DNA of 64,000 nt from Pseudomonadota bacterium (GTDB lineage: Bacteria > Pseudomonadota > Alphaproteobacteria > Sphingomonadales > Sphingomonadaceae), in NCBI GenBank assembly GCA_040388155.1, contig JAZKCJ010000009.1:202028-266027 (forward strand), in the 5' to 3' direction. Position numbers and translations under genes: made by a program. Below the pieces are notes generated by a model. That model searched no databases. It saw nothing but the letters and a program-made list of their open reading frames with translations, and was not told the origin of the DNA. The first letter of the stretch is position 1, and each line of letters begins with the position of its first letter. Shown here piece by piece: positions 49,662-59,729 of this stretch.

Positions 49662-49757
49662 CACCTGAAGGAAGAAGGTGGCACCTGAAGGAAAAGGTGG
49701 CACCTGAAGGAAAAGGTGGCACCTGAAGGAAAAGGTGGCACCTGAAGGAAGAGGTGG
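49662..49757. repeat. five tandem 19-20-bp units CACCTGAAGGAA(G/A)A(A)GGTGG, each an internal inverted repeat
   Basis: Units at 49662-49681, 49682-49700, 49701-49719, 49720-49738 and 49739-49757 were read directly. The period is not a multiple of 3. Confidence 0.95.
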
Positions 49758-50273
49758 TCCGACATGTCGTGTACCGCACTCCGAAGGGAACCGCACATTC
49801 GCGCGATCGGCGGCTCCTGACCCAGCAGAATTACCATGGCGGGGGGGCCGTAGCCATGTCGCGACTGGTGGAGTCGTCGGGGGCCACCGCAACCTTCGCC
49901 CGGCTGGACGAGAATCTGTCGCGGTTCACCGGCGAAACCGCCGACAGCGTCGCGTCGACACGGAAAACCGTATTCGTGCGACGGGCCGCGCCCAGGGCAA
50001 CGATCGTTGAATCTGAAACAGCGCTGTTGCTCCCGAATGGGCATCGTGTCTCTCGACGACGCTGGCGTACCGAGGCGCAGGCGTTTCGCGCGCCCGGTAT
50101 CGCCAGCCAGAATGATATTGCCACCGCTTGCGAAGCGCGATGATATGGTCCGGTATCGTATCGGCGCATCGCGCGGCCGGTGTCGTGCGTTGGGGTCGGC
50201 AGAGGTGTTACGGTCGCGTGGTGCCTCGTCCGAATTCGCTGTTCCCGAGACTCTGCAGAGGATGAATCCCGAT

Positions 50274-50903
50274 ATGGCTGGCGACCTGGAAATATCCCGC
50301 CGCGGTGTCCTGGCGGCTACGGCCGCCTCGGCCGCGCTCACTGCCGTTCCCAGGGCCGAGGCGCAGGGCGTGCCGCCGCGCGCGACGCCGTCGATGATGA
50401 CGGTCTCGCTCGAGGTGAACGGCAAGCGCCGGGAGCTTGAACTCGATACCCGAACGACATTGCTCGATGCGCTGCGCGAGCATCTGCAGCTTACCGGCAC
50501 GAAGAAGGGGTGCGACCATGGCCAGTGCGGTGCCTGCACGGTGCTGGTCGAGGGCAAGCGGATCAATTCCTGCCTGACCCTGGCGGTGATGCACGAGGGG
50601 GACAAGGTCACCACGATCGAGGGCCTGGGCACGCCGGGCGACCTGCACCCGATGCAGGCGGCCTTCATCAGGCACGACGGGTATCAGTGCGGCTATTGCA
50701 CGCCCGGCCAGATCTGTTCGGCGGTGGCGGTACTGGGCGAGATCAGGGCAGGCGTGCCGAGCCATGTCTCGGCCAGCCTGACCGAACGGCCGAAAGCCAC
50801 CAACCTCGAGATGCGCGAGCGGATGAGCGGCAATATCTGCCGCTGCGGCGCCTATTCGAACATCGCCGAGGCAATGGCCGACGTCGCGGGAGGGGCAGCA
50901 TGA
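50274..50903 (+). CDS. xanthine dehydrogenase family 2Fe-2S subunit with Tat signal (PaoA/YagT-like periplasmic aldehyde oxidoreductase small subunit)
   Basis: SRRGVLAA twin-arginine signal. [17 protein letters not shown] and CRCGAY clusters. An alternative ATG lies at 50262. Confidence 0.85.
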   Translation: MAGDLEISRRGVLAATAASAALTAVPRAEAQGVPPRATPSMMTVSLEVNGKRRELELDTRTTLLDALREHLQLTGTKKGCDHGQCGACTVLVEGKRINSCLTLAVMHEGDKVTTIEGLGTPGDLHPMQAAFIRHDGYQCGYCTPGQICSAVAVLGEIRAGVPSHVSASLTERPKATNLEMRERMSGNICRCGAYSNIAEAMADVAGGAA

Positions 50904-51856
50904 AACCCTTCAGCTACGAGCGCGCCGAGACGCCCGCCGCAGCCGCGGCGGCCGTCGCGCGGACACCCGGTGCCAAGTTCATCGCCGGCGGCACTAATCT
51001 GCTCGACCTGATGAAGCTGGAGATCGAGGCGCCGGCGCATCTCGTCGATGTGGGGCCGCTCAAGCTCGACCGGATCGAGAAGACGCCCGAAGGCGGCATG
51101 CGGATCGGCGCGCTGGTGACGAACACCGCGCTTGCGTCGGACGATCGAATCCGGCGGGACTATGGCGTGCTGACCCGCGCGATCGTGGCGGGCGCGAGCG
51201 GGCAGCTGCGCAACAAGGCGACCACCGCCGGCAACCTGCTCCAGCGGACCCGCTGCCCCTATTTCTACGACACCAACCAGGCGTGCAACAAGCGCAAGCC
51301 AGGCTCAGGCTGCGCGGCGATCGGCGGGTTCAGCCGGCAGCTTGCCGTGATCGGCACAAGCGATGCCTGCATCGCGACCTATCCCGGCGACATGGCGGTG
51401 GCGCTTCGGCTGCTCGATGCGACGGTCGAGACAGTCAACGCGACGGGAACGCCGCGCTCCATCCCGATCGCCGATTTCCATCATTTGCCGGGCAAGACCC
51501 CGCATGTCGAGACAGGGCTGCGCCGCGGCGAGCTGATCACCAGCGTCACCCTGCCGAGGCCGATCGGCGGCACGCACCTTTATCACAAGGTGCGTGACCG
51601 GGCGTCCTACGCCTTCGCGCTCGTCTCGGTGGCGGCGGTGATCCGGCCGGACGGCACCGGGCGAGTCGCGGTCGGCGGCATCGCGCCGAAGCCCTGGCGG
51701 GTCGAGGCGGCGGAAGCATCGATGCAGCGCGGGCCGAAGGCGGTCGCCGAGCATCTGCTCGCCGGCGCCAGGCCGAGGCATGACAATGCCTTCAAGCTGC
51801 CGCTGGTCGAGCGAACGATCGCCGCGGTAATGAGCGACGCGAGGAGCCAGGCATGA
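50900..51856 (+). CDS. xanthine dehydrogenase family FAD-binding subunit (PaoB-like)
   Basis: [16 protein letters not shown] motif. ATGA overlap with the upstream gene. Confidence 0.85.
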   Translation: MKPFSYERAETPAAAAAAVARTPGAKFIAGGTNLLDLMKLEIEAPAHLVDVGPLKLDRIEKTPEGGMRIGALVTNTALASDDRIRRDYGVLTRAIVAGASGQLRNKATTAGNLLQRTRCPYFYDTNQACNKRKPGSGCAAIGGFSRQLAVIGTSDACIATYPGDMAVALRLLDATVETVNATGTPRSIPIADFHHLPGKTPHVETGLRRGELITSVTLPRPIGGTHLYHKVRDRASYAFALVSVAAVIRPDGTGRVAVGGIAPKPWRVEAAEASMQRGPKAVAEHLLAGARPRHDNAFKLPLVERTIAAVMSDARSQA

Positions 51857-54058
51857 AGTTCGACACGCCGGCAGGCACCAACCCGATCGACCAGCTCAAG
51901 GTGATCGGCAAGCCGACCGATCGAATCGATGGTCCGCTCAAGACCACCGGTTCAGCACCCTATGCCTATGAGCGGCACGATGCGGTGCCGAACCAGGCCT
52001 ATGGCTATCTGGTCGGCAGCGCGATCGCCAAGGGGCGGGTCGATCGAATCAATACGGACGAGGCGAAGGCGGCGCCGGGAGTGCTGGCGGTGGTCACCAC
52101 GCTCGACATGCCGAAGCTGGCCAAGGGCAATTTCAATACCGCCTCGCTGTTCGGCGGCCCGGTGGTCGAACATTATCACCAGGCGATCGCAATCGTCGTG
52201 GCCGAGACGTTCGAGCAGGCCCGCGCCGCCGCCAATCTGGTGCGGGTCGAATATAGCCGGGCCAAGGGGCGTTTCGACCTGGCGGCGCTGGCGCCCGCCG
52301 CCCCTTATAACAGTGATGACGGTGCACCGAAGATCACCCGGGTGGGCAATTTCGAGGCGGCCTTCGCCTCGGCACCGGTGACGCTCGACGCGCGCTATAC
52401 GACGCCTGACGAATCCCACGCCATGATGGAGCCGTTCGCGACGATCGCGGCCTGGGAAGGCGAGAAGCTGACCCTGTGGACGTCGAACCAGATGATTGCC
52501 TGGACCAGGGGAGACGTGGCGAAGACCCTGGGTATCCCCAAGGAGAATGTGCGGCTCGACTCCCCGTTCATCGGTGGCGGGTTCGGCGGCAAGCTGTTCC
52601 TGCGCGCCGATGCGATCCTGGCCGCGCTTGGAGCGAAGGCGGCGAAGCGCCCGGTCAAGCTGGCGATGACCCGCCCGATGATGATCAACAATGCGACTCA
52701 TCGGCCGGCGACGATCCAGCGCATCCGGCTGGGCGCCACGCGCGAGGGCAGGATCACCGCGATCGCGCACGAAAGCGTATCGGGAAACCTGCCTGGCGGA
52801 GACCCCGAGGCAGCGGTTCAGCAGACCAAATTGCTCTACGCAGGCGAGAACCGGCTGACCGCGATGCGGCTTGCCGAGCTCGACCTGCCGGAGGGCAATG
52901 CGATGCGCGCGCCGGGGGAAGCCCCCGGGCTGATGGCGCTTGAGATCGCGATGGACGAAATGGCGGAAAAGCTGGGGATCGACCCTGTGCAGTTCCGCAT
53001 CCTGAACGACACGCAGGTCGATCCGGCAAAGCCCGACCGCAGATTCTCGCAGCGGCAGCTTGTCGAGTGCCTGAAGCTGGGGGCCGAGCGCTTCGGCTGG
53101 AATCGCCGCAATGCCAGGCCGGCATCGGTGCGGGAGGGACGCTGGCTGATCGGCATGGGGGTCGCGGCGGGCTTCCGCAACAACCTGCTGATGAAGTCGG
53201 CCGCACGGGTTCGGCTCGACGGGAAGGGCGTGGTGACGATCGAGACCGACATGACCGATATCGGCACCGGTACCTACACGATCCTGGCGCAGACCGCGGC
53301 GGAGACGATGGGCATCGGGATCGACAAGGTGGTGGTGAAGCTTGGCGATTCCGATTTCCCTGCCTCGGCCGGCTCGGGCGGCCAATGGGGGGCGAACAAC
53401 TCGACCGCCGGTGTCTATGCGGCCTGCATGAAGCTGCGCGAGACGGTGGCACAGCGGCTTGGCTTCGATCCGGCCGATAGCGCCTTTGCCGACGGCACGG
53501 TTCGATCGGGCAAGCGCAGCGCCGCGCTGGGCGATGCAGCGCGCGACGGTGAGATCGTGGTCGAGGACGGCATCGAATATGGCGCGCTCGACAAGCAGTA
53601 TCAGCAATCGACCTTTGCCGGCCATTTCGTCGAGGTGGCGGTCGACGGCTTCACCGGGGAGACGCGCGTCCGGCGCATGCTGGCGGTGTGCGCCGCCGGT
53701 CGAATCCTAAACCCCAAGGCGGCGCGAAGCCAGGTGATCGGCGCGATGACCATGGGTGTCGGCGCCGCACTGATGGAGGAACTGGCGGTCGACAAGCGCT
53801 TCGGCTTCTTCGTCAACCACGACCTCGCCAGCTATGAGGTGCCGGTGCATGCCGACATCCCCGCATCAGGAGGTGATCTTCCTCGACGAGGTCGATCCGA
53901 TCTCCTCCCCGATGAAGGCCAAGGGGGTCGGCGAACTGGGGCTGTGCGGGGTCGGGGCGGCGATCGCCAATGCGATCTACAATGCCACCGGCGTGCGCGT
54001 GCGCGACTATCCGATCACGCTCGACAAGCATCTCGACCGGTTGCCGGAGATCGCGTGA
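51853..54058 (+). pseudogene. xanthine dehydrogenase family molybdopterin-binding subunit (PaoC-like) interrupted by a +1 frameshift in a C4 run at 53859-53862
   Basis: Frame 1 reads ...YEVPVHADIP and then nonsense to 54141. The family C-terminus (HQEVIFLDEVDPISSPMKAKGVGELGLCGVGAAIANAIYNATGVRVRDYPITLDK) continues in the +1 frame (ORF 53834..54058). Confidence 0.8.
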
Positions 54059-54086
54059 GGCGGCTCTTGCCTGTCTTCCGTCGCCG

Positions 54087-54425
54087 TCATCTGGGCGATG
54101 CGATCGGCCGCAGTTTGAAACCGGTGATTTTGGTCCCGTAGCTGCACTCGAACGAGCGTCGTTGCTTGCCGTCGTCCGCCGTCCCCCAGACGACGATCTT
54201 GCTTGGGCTGCGCTGCTCGACATCGATGATGCTCACCTTGCCATAGTGCGATGCACGGGCGCTGCAGTCGGTCGCTGCAGCGGGATGCGCCTGCTCGTTG
54301 TTCTGCGGTGTCCCTGCCACGCCGCGGGCTGCCATGCCGGCAGCGCCGACGGCGAGGCCGGCGACACAGGCGCTCAGCGCCAACGCACTCCCGGCCAGCA
54401 GGGCCGAAGCCATAATGCGAGTCAT
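54087..54425 (-). CDS. small lipoprotein, function unknown
   Basis: ATG 54425. Signal with lipobox LSAC. 112 aa. Confidence 0.55.
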   Translation of the reverse strand: MTRIMASALLAGSALALSACVAGLAVGAAGMAARGVAGTPQNNEQAHPAAATDCSARASHYGKVSIIDVEQRSPSKIVVWGTADDGKQRRSFECSYGTKITGFKLRPIASPR

Positions 54426-54550
54426 CCCGTTCGAGCCCCCATCGCCCGCAGCATTCGGTGCCACGGCGCGCAACCTATGGTGACGTTTCACGGGGCGCAA
54501 TGGCGCGCCGGGACAGGCCAGACTCGTTTTCAGCGTCGCTGAAACGGTCC

Positions 54551-56209
54551 CTAGGCCGCGTTTGCCGCGCTGAGGACCGCCCTGACCGACGCCGTCGCGA
54601 TGTCGGCGTCGATGCCGACCCCGAACACCGTCCGGCCGTCCGACGTGCGGCATTCCACATAGGCTGCGGCTTGGGCATCGGCGCCATGGCCGATCGCGTG
54701 CTCGCTGTAATCGACCACGTCGAGTTGCGGGCCGGTCGTTTCGCCCAGCGCCGCGATCACGCCCGAGATCAGGCCGTTGCCGCGGCCCGAGATCGAGCGT
54801 TCCTCGCCGCCGATCGCGACCCGGCCGACGAACAGGCGGTCGCCCGCGGCACCGCTCTCGTGATAGTCGAGCAGGGTGAAGCGGTCGCCCGCTTTGGCGA
54901 GATAGGCCTTTTCGAATGCGCTCCAGATATCCTCGGCGTTGAGTTCGCGGCTTGTCTCGTCGGCGAGCGCCTGGACGTGGCGGCTGAGATCGGCCTGGAG
55001 GCGCTTGGGCAGCTTCAGCCCCTTGTCCTGCTCGATCACCCAGGCGACGCCGCCCTTGCCCGATTGCGAGTTGACCCGGATCACCGCCTCATAGCTGCGG
55101 CCGAGATCCGCCGGATCGATCGGGAGGTAGGGGACTTCCCAGAAATCGTCGTTGCGGGCGGACTGGGCGGCGAAGCCCTTCTTGATCGCGTCCTGATGGC
55201 TGCCCGAAAAGGCGGTGAACACCAGCTCGCCGGCATAGGGATGGCGCGGATGGACGGGGAGCTGGTTGCAATAGGTGACGGTGTTGATGATTTCGTCGAT
55301 GTCCGAGAAATCCAGTTTTGGATCAATCCCTTGCGTGTACATGTTGAGGGCGACCGTGACCAGATCGCAATTGCCGGTGCGCTCGCCGTTGCCGAGCAGG
55401 CAGCCCTCGACGCGGTCGGCGCCGGCCATCAGGCCCAGCTCCGCCGCCGCGACGCCGGTGCCCCGGTCATTGTGCGGGTGAAGGCTGATGACGATGCTGT
55501 CGCGGTTGCGGATGTTCTTGCCGAACCATTCGATCTGGTCGGCATAGATGTTGGGCGTGGCGCACTCGACCGTGGCAGGCAGGTTGAGGATCAGCGGATG
55601 ATCCGGCGTGGGGCGAAGCACCTCCATCACGGCCTCGCAGACCTCGACCGAGAAATCGAGCTCGGCGGTGGAGAAGGTCTCCGGGCTGTATTCGAAATGC
55701 CAGTCAGTGTCCGGCTGCGCGGCGGCGCAATCGCGCAGGATCTTCGCGCCGTCGATCGCGATCTGGCGGACTTCGTCGCGGCTCATGCCGAACACGATCT
55801 TGCGCCAGGCCGGGCTGACCGCATTGTAGAGATGGACGATCGCCCTGGGCGCGCCGCGCAGGGATTCGAAGCTTGTCTCGATCAGGTCGCGGCGGGACTG
55901 GGTGAGGACCTGAATCGTCACGTCATCCGGGATTCGGCCTGTCCTGACCAGGCCCGAGATGAAATCGAACTCGGTGGCGCCGGCGCTGGGGAAACCGACC
56001 TCGATCTCCTTGATGCCGACCTTGCAGATCAGGTCGAAGAAGCGGGTCTTCTTCTCGCCATCCATCGGATCGATCAGCGCCTGGTTGCCGTCGCGCAGAT
56101 CGGTGGAGAGCCAGCGCGGCGGCTTCACGATGGTTCGCGACGGCCATTCGCGGTTGGGCAGGTCGATCTGGGGAAAGGGGCGATATTTGGTCGAAGGGTC
56201 ACGCAGCAT
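54551..56209 (-). CDS. leuA: 2-isopropylmalate synthase (long LeuA form)
   Basis: 552-aa product with the LRDGNQ motif and typical N-terminus ([18 protein letters not shown]). Confidence 0.95.
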   Translation of the reverse strand: MLRDPSTKYRPFPQIDLPNREWPSRTIVKPPRWLSTDLRDGNQALIDPMDGEKKTRFFDLICKVGIKEIEVGFPSAGATEFDFISGLVRTGRIPDDVTIQVLTQSRRDLIETSFESLRGAPRAIVHLYNAVSPAWRKIVFGMSRDEVRQIAIDGAKILRDCAAAQPDTDWHFEYSPETFSTAELDFSVEVCEAVMEVLRPTPDHPLILNLPATVECATPNIYADQIEWFGKNIRNRDSIVISLHPHNDRGTGVAAAELGLMAGADRVEGCLLGNGERTGNCDLVTVALNMYTQGIDPKLDFSDIDEIINTVTYCNQLPVHPRHPYAGELVFTAFSGSHQDAIKKGFAAQSARNDDFWEVPYLPIDPADLGRSYEAVIRVNSQSGKGGVAWVIEQDKGLKLPKRLQADLSRHVQALADETSRELNAEDIWSAFEKAYLAKAGDRFTLLDYHESGAAGDRLFVGRVAIGGEERSISGRGNGLISGVIAALGETTGPQLDVVDYSEHAIGHGADAQAAAYVECRTSDGRTVFGVGIDADIATASVRAVLSAANAA

Positions 56210-56298
56210 GGTTCGTTCTCGCGGCTCGCGGGGATCTTTGGGTCGAAGAGGCCCTTAGGCGGGTCGCGCGCGCCCGAGGCGCACGTCGAAGGTCGCGC

Positions 56299-56346
56299 CT
56301 AAGGGCGCGTAAGTCGAAGCAGCGGAAGGCGGATGGCCTGCGTCAT
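56299..56346 (-). promoter_or_regulatory. candidate leucine leader peptide ORF (MTQAIRLPLLRLTRP) in the leuA 5' region
   Basis: 15-codon ORF with 4 Leu codons, 90 nt upstream of leuA. Complementary segments GCCCUUAGGCG and CGCCUAAGGGC are present. Confidence 0.4.
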
Positions 56347-56365
56347 TGCGACACCCGTTACCGTG

Positions 56366-57004
56366 TCACGACGCCCGATGTCCAGCCCGTCCGTCGAACA
56401 ACCGGTCGAACGGGCCGTCGGGCAGGAACCACAGGATGGCGACCAGCGCGGCGCAGGCGATGCCGAGCCAGGGCGAGAGGAAGGAGAGGGGGACGCCCAG
56501 GAGATAGAGCAGCCCTGCGACGAGGCCCTTGCGGGCATATTGCCGATGATAGGCCTGCGACGCCGGACCCTGCTTGCCGGTGCGGCGGATGATCGACTGG
56601 AGCCAGATATAGGCGGCGGCCGGCAGCAGCATCGTGACCAGGTAGAGGAGCGTCGCCTCCCGGTTGAAATGATGCTCGCCGAGATAGGAGGTGGAGAAGG
56701 GGACGAGCGAGAGCGCGAACAGCAGCAGCATGTTCGACCAGATCAGGCCGTTGGTGACGCGAGTCGCATGAGTGAACAGGCGGTGATGGTTGACCCAGTA
56801 GATCGCGACATAGGCGTAGCTGAGCACATAGGCGAGGAAGACCGGCCAGAGCGTCCACAGCCTGTCCATCCCTTCGGAGATCGGGGGATGGAGCTCAAGC
56901 ACCATGATCGTCACGATGATGGCGACGACGCCGTCCGAAAAGGCCTCGATCCGGCCGATGCCCGGCCGGCCCTCCTCGTCCCCGGACGGCGCCGTGTCGC
57001 TCAT
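56366..57004 (-). CDS. TMEM175 family (DUF1211) potassium channel homolog
   Basis: RIEAFSDGVVAI (RxxxFSD) signature and six predicted helices. Confidence 0.8.
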   Translation of the reverse strand: MSDTAPSGDEEGRPGIGRIEAFSDGVVAIIVTIMVLELHPPISEGMDRLWTLWPVFLAYVLSYAYVAIYWVNHHRLFTHATRVTNGLIWSNMLLLFALSLVPFSTSYLGEHHFNREATLLYLVTMLLPAAAYIWLQSIIRRTGKQGPASQAYHRQYARKGLVAGLLYLLGVPLSFLSPWLGIACAALVAILWFLPDGPFDRLFDGRAGHRAS

Positions 57005-57615
57005 TGCGCGACGAAGCCGGCGTTGATGGTCAGGTCGACCTTGTCGGTGACGCCGGGGAGCAGATAGGTGATCCCGAAGTCGCTGCGCTTGATGCTGGTG
57101 GTCGCAGCGAAGCCGAAGTTGAGCTTCTTGGCGCCCTGGGTCGCGTTGCCCGCGCCCACGAAGCGCGCCTGGAGGACGACGGGCTTGGTCACGTCCTTGA
57201 TCGTCAGGTCGCCGGCGATCGTCGCGGTGGTGCCGTTGACCGTCACCCTGGTCGAGACGAACTTCGCGGTCGGGAATTTCACGGCGTCGAAGAAGTCGGG
57301 CGTCTTCAGATGCGCGTCGAGCGCGGGTACCGTGGTCAGCACCTTGTCGATCGAAATGGTGACGTCGACCTTCGAATTGCCCGGATTGGAGGTGTCGACG
57401 ACCAGCGTGCCGGTCGGCTGCGTGAACTGGCCGGTATACTCAGTGAAGCCGAGATGATTGACCGTGAACAGGATCTGGCTGTGGCGCGGTTCGACCTGAT
57501 AGGTGCCGGAGACGATCTTGGTCGCGTCGGGGGTGCCGGGAGGGCCGGCAGGCGGTGTCTGCGCAAGCAACGGGGCGGTGGCGAGCGCTAGAACGGCTAC
57601 AAGGGCGATGCGCAT
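57001..57615 (-). CDS. YceI family periplasmic protein
   Basis: Signal peptide and YceI-like beta-barrel sequence (GTYQVEPRHSQILFTVNHLGF). ATG 57615 follows GGAG. Confidence 0.85.
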   Translation of the reverse strand: MRIALVAVLALATAPLLAQTPPAGPPGTPDATKIVSGTYQVEPRHSQILFTVNHLGFTEYTGQFTQPTGTLVVDTSNPGNSKVDVTISIDKVLTTVPALDAHLKTPDFFDAVKFPTAKFVSTRVTVNGTTATIAGDLTIKDVTKPVVLQARFVGAGNATQGAKKLNFGFAATTSIKRSDFGITYLLPGVTDKVDLTINAGFVAQ

Positions 57616-57734
57616 GATGGTCTCCGGGTATGAAAGGGGGCCGCGCCAAGATGACGCGGCCCGGACCGAATGCAAGCGCCGAAGCGGAAACGATCCGTTG
57701 GCTGTGCGTGCCCTTGACGCGGCTCGCCCGACAT

Positions 57735-57865
57735 CCGTTCGTCCCGAGTGCCATCGAGCTTGTCGAGATGGCGTATCGAGGGGCAGGGGTTTTGCGCTCC
57801 ACCTGTACCTCGATACGCGCCCTCGATACGGCTTCGCCTGCTCGGTCGCTACTCGGCACGAACGG
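57735..57865. repeat. REP-like imperfect palindrome, family A (long version)
   Basis: The ends (CCGTTCGTCCCGAG...GCTTGTCGAG ... GGCTTCGCCTG...CGAACGG) match the 5961-6037 element. Confidence 0.7.
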
Positions 57866-57886
57866 GTGGTACAGCTCGCAGCGCGA

Positions 57887-58921
<1,035 letters not shown>

Positions 58922-58925
58922 TTAC

Positions 58926-59067
58926 CCCTCTCCCAGCGGGAGAGGATACGGAGACCCGGCGGCTTGCTGCCCGGTCGGAGTTGGTGAGGGCGACGAGGTG
59001 CGAAGGCCGTTCGCCCTCACCCTCCCACCGCTTCGCGGCGGGCCCCTCCCTCTCCCGATGGGAGAGG
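58926..59067. repeat. REP-like composite palindrome, family B, filling the ilvH-ilvC spacer
   Basis: Hairpins CCTCTCCC-AGC-GGGAGAGG and CCTCTCCC-GAT-GGGAGAGG flank the central stem GGTGAGGGCGA...TCGCCCTCACC. Confidence 0.8.
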
Positions 59068-59074
59068 TGTATTT

Positions 59075-59590
59075 TCAGGCCGCTTCTTTCCCCCGGGCGA
59101 TGGCGACGATGCCGGTACGGGCGACCTCGATCAGCCCGACCTCACGCATCAGCGTGATGAAGGTGTCGATCTTCTCCGGCCCGCCGGTCACCTCGAACAC
59201 GAAGCTCGACGTGGTCGCGTCCACCACGCGGGCGCGGTAGACATCGGCGAGGCGGAGCGCCTCGATCCGGTGGTCGCCGGTGCCGCGGACCTTCACCAGT
59301 GCCAGCTCGCGCTCGACATGCGGGCCGAGCGCGGTGAGATCGGTCACCGAATGCACCGGGATCAGCCGGTCGAGCTGGGCGAGGATCTGCTCCATCACAT
59401 GATCCGACGCCGAGGTGACGATGGTGATCCGGCTGACCGCCTTGTCGGAGGTCACGTCGGACACGGTCAGGCTCTCGATATTATAGCCGCGCGCAGTGAA
59501 CAGGCCGGCGATCCGGGCAAGGATGCCCGGCTCGTTGTCGACCATGATCGCCAGCGTGTGACGCTTGGCGGTTTCTTCCTTGATGTGCAT
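59075..59590 (-). CDS. ilvH: acetolactate synthase small (regulatory) subunit
   Basis: ACT domain N-terminus (HTLAIMVDNEPGILARIAGLFTARGYNIESL). ATG 59590. Confidence 0.9.
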   Translation of the reverse strand: MHIKEETAKRHTLAIMVDNEPGILARIAGLFTARGYNIESLTVSDVTSDKAVSRITIVTSASDHVMEQILAQLDRLIPVHSVTDLTALGPHVERELALVKVRGTGDHRIEALRLADVYRARVVDATTSSFVFEVTGGPEKIDTFITLMREVGLIEVARTGIVAIARGKEAA

Positions 59591-59601
59591 GATTACTGGA
59601 A

Positions 59602-59710
59602 CCCCCTCCCGCTTGCGGGAGGGGGCAGGGGGTGGGCTCCCGGCCTCGTCCAACGCAGCGGCTGTGGTGAGCGCGAGCCCACCCCCGGCCCCTCCCGCAA
59701 GCGGGAGGGG
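59602..59710. repeat. REP-like composite palindrome, family B, filling the ilvI-ilvH spacer
   Basis: Hairpins CCCCCTCCC-GCTTGC-GGGAGGGGG and CCCCTCCC-GCAAGC-GGGAGGGG flank the central stem GGGGGTGGGCTC...GAGCCCACCCCC. Confidence 0.8.
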
Positions 59711-59729
59711 TGAAAAAAAGCAAGATCCA

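Noticed and set aside
49695-49720. Sigma-54 promoter suggested by TGGCAC inside each tandem unit
   Set aside because: No TTGC/GC element sits at the required 12-nt offset from the GG. The sequence following is CTGAAGGAAA.
49662-49757. CRISPR array
   Set aside because: The units are directly abutting 19-20-bp repeats with no unique spacers, and there are no cas genes in the window.
48798-49757. Integron-type gene cassette (hydrolase flanked by inverted motifs)
   Set aside because: No attC-like RYYYAAC/GTTRRRY core sites and no integrase nearby. The inverted motifs are better described simply as related hairpins.
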